Shown piece after piece: positions 61,691 through 64,000 of a stretch of DNA of 64,000 nucleotides. The notes below the pieces were generated by a model that did no database searches, was not told the DNA's origin, and saw nothing but the letters and a program-made list of their open reading frames with translations. The stretch is from Ginglymostoma cirratum. Taxonomy: Eukaryota. The stretch spans positions 735,468 to 799,467 of the forward strand of contig JAHRHZ010000288.1 of assembly GCA_024137785.1 (NCBI GenBank). The letters run 5' to 3'. The position numbers and the translations under genes were made by a program. Position 1 is the stretch's first letter. Every line of letters begins with the position of its first letter.

Positions 61691-63269
61691 TTATGCTTTC
61701 ATTTTCTCAGATTGTGCAGCTCCTTATCAAATACTGTCCAAAAATCCATATAGAAGATATAATGACACCACCACCTTCATGCCAGCTCCTTCAAAACAAA
61801 AGTTGGTGCTGATTAATCAGACGTAGTTAACCCCTCATTAATCCTGCTGACTCTCTGATCTGATGTTTCAAACTGCTCACTTGACTAAAAGCTTTTTCTT
61901 TAGTTTCGTGAGAAAATCTAATGGTGAAGTTACAGGGCAGAATGACCTGAAGCAATCAAGCGTCAGGTTTACTGTTTAAAGCACAAGGTCTGCTAAGTCT
62001 TTTTTAAAGGAAAACCAACTTGTAGTATCAGGGAATGGCAAGCAGCTTGATACAAATTTTTTAAAAAACCCCAACATAAATTTTCCATTATCGTAGAATC
62101 CTACGCATTGACTAGAACCTGTCTCTGTCTCTGTTTGAAACACATTAGTTTTCTTGTTTGTGCTACTGTTTTTATATACTTTACTATTTGATGTACCTCT
62201 GTAAGATAATTTCTCAGTTGTCCTCTCTCGAAGTTGCGCAGTCCAAGTTTCTCCAGTCCTTCCTCGTAACTTTCTTCTTTGTTTCGACTCATGCTCTTCT
62301 CTGTACTACATGCAAGGCACTGAATGCTTCTTCTCCGTCCCTGTGAGCAGAATTGGAGAGTTCTCTAGGCGACTTGGCCAAGCTAATGTACCTGACTCTA
62401 GTTCTCTAGTCATTGGCTCATTTAGCATTCATTGTTTTGTTGATTACTGCTGCAGAATGCTTAATAGTTTTAGATGTCATTTAGTTTCAACAGATGCAAT
62501 TGCTTATGCTTTATAGTATGCCATCCTTTGTTTCTTGTGCCTTGCATTTCTTACATTTATCCATACCACACTTCTATTGAAACATATTATTTTTAACTAT
62601 CCAATACCATCGGCCAATCTAATCGTCTAGATATGACCTTTAACTTACTCACCTCTGACGCTGCCTTCTCAGATTCCACTGGCCAAATAGGTCAAGGAGC
62701 ATTGCAACAGTGACCACTTTACTTTGAGGTCCTGGTTACCCTGTGTCAATTACTCCAGTCACTGGCAACTGCCAGTTTAAAAACTGTCAGTATATTAAAA
62801 ATAGCATTGTGTTTAGGTTTGCTTACAACGTGAAACATTGTGTCCTTCTGTGTTCTTCTTTACATTTTTAATATGGGTTAAGAGCATTAGACCTCAGAAG
62901 TAAAGCAGAAGTGGTCCTGATTGGGCCTGCAACAGGGCAATTCAGATTGCTTTTCACTTACAATTTTGTTCCTGCCAACCAGTTAATGATGAAAATTAGC
63001 TAAAAAATAGTGCTTTGCGTCAGTATCATTGCATAAAATATCCAGCATAGAAACACCATTCAGCTCAATCTGTCTTTGCCTACTCCTAATCCTGATCCCT
63101 AATCCTGATCCTAACCCTAATCCTCAACCACTACTCTTCACTTAACCCTGGGCAATGTTCATAGGCAGTGTCACGTACATATGCAATATAATCACTAAGA
63201 GGTTGATATTTATACTGTGGTTACTTTAGATTCTTTTCCTTTCATGGATGGTGTCCAGGTTAGATCTAC

Positions 63270-63590
63270 TTCATGATCTACTTCCAAACCCACAACCACT
63301 TCCATCTAGAAGGACAAGGGCAGCAGATATATGGGAACACCATCACCTCCAAGTTCCCCTCCAAGTCACTTACCATCCTGACTTGGAAATATATCGCTGT
63401 TCCCTCTCTGTCGCTGGGTCAAAATCCTGGAATTCCCTCCCTAATAGCATTGTGGGTCAACCCACAGCAGGAGGACTGCAGCGGTTCAAAAAAGCAGCTC
63501 ACCACCACCTTCTCAAGGGCAACAAGGGATGGGCAAGAAAAATGCTGGCCAGCCTGCGATGCCCACATCCCACAAATGAATAAAACAAAA
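63270..63590 (+). mobile_element. L2/CR1-group LINE 3' end, well preserved
   Basis: KSWNSLPNSIV...GLQRFKKAAHHHLL; tail gatgcccacatcccacaaatgaataaa. Confidence 0.85.
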
Positions 63591-64000
63591 ATGATGCTGT
63601 CTCACCTCCAGCCAGGCTTTCGAAAGAGGCCTGGCAAACGAATTGACAAACTGCTCAGCAGAAGAAGAAAGCTGGTATATTTTATACTATGAAATCTGCA
63701 GCACTCTGAGCTTGATATATGTTGTGCTTATGTCCACTTGAAGTATTTGAGATACCTTGGGTAGAACCACTGCAACCAAACCTTCTTATTAGGATTAGTC
63801 TAAGTTACTTATGCCATGTAGAGAAGGATGCCCACATGAAGTGTCTATTAGAACAAAGTTCAGTTCTGATAAATAAACTGGGATAATTCCATAGCACTGA
63901 GTAGCCAGTTACATTACAGCAGAGTTTCTTGATAATCTTTTGTGAGACATCAGGCTATCCATAAGAGGACATATGATCATTGTTAGCTTCATAAAGTTAG

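Overview
Eukaryotic, AT-rich, repeat-dominated DNA with one 400-N assembly gap (26759-27158). The repeat content (many CR1 LINEs, HE1/V-SINEs, Deu-domain SINEs, Penelope-like elements) points to a cartilaginous fish, probably a shark; this is inference. I recognise no intact host gene, and nearly all ORFs in the track are retroelement fragments or their shadows. The only host-coding candidate is a weak minus-strand micro-exon at 113-161. Highlights: (1) a decayed, rearranged 4.6-kb retroviral relic (19678-24309, minus) with gag zinc knuckle, protease, spuma-like RT, gypsy-type RNase H and a Cys/Trp-rich env-like remnant, consistent with a lokiretrovirus-like lineage; (2) at least two Penelope-like families plus derived palindromic mini-elements whose ends carry minimal hammerhead ribozyme cores, with inverted arms, ~35-bp tails and 11-15-bp TSDs; (3) a LINE whose 5' end is the same tRNA-derived sequence as a local SINE family; (4) a twin-priming-type CR1 inversion and two local inverted templated duplications. 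Boundaries of old repeats are approximate and were assigned by eye.
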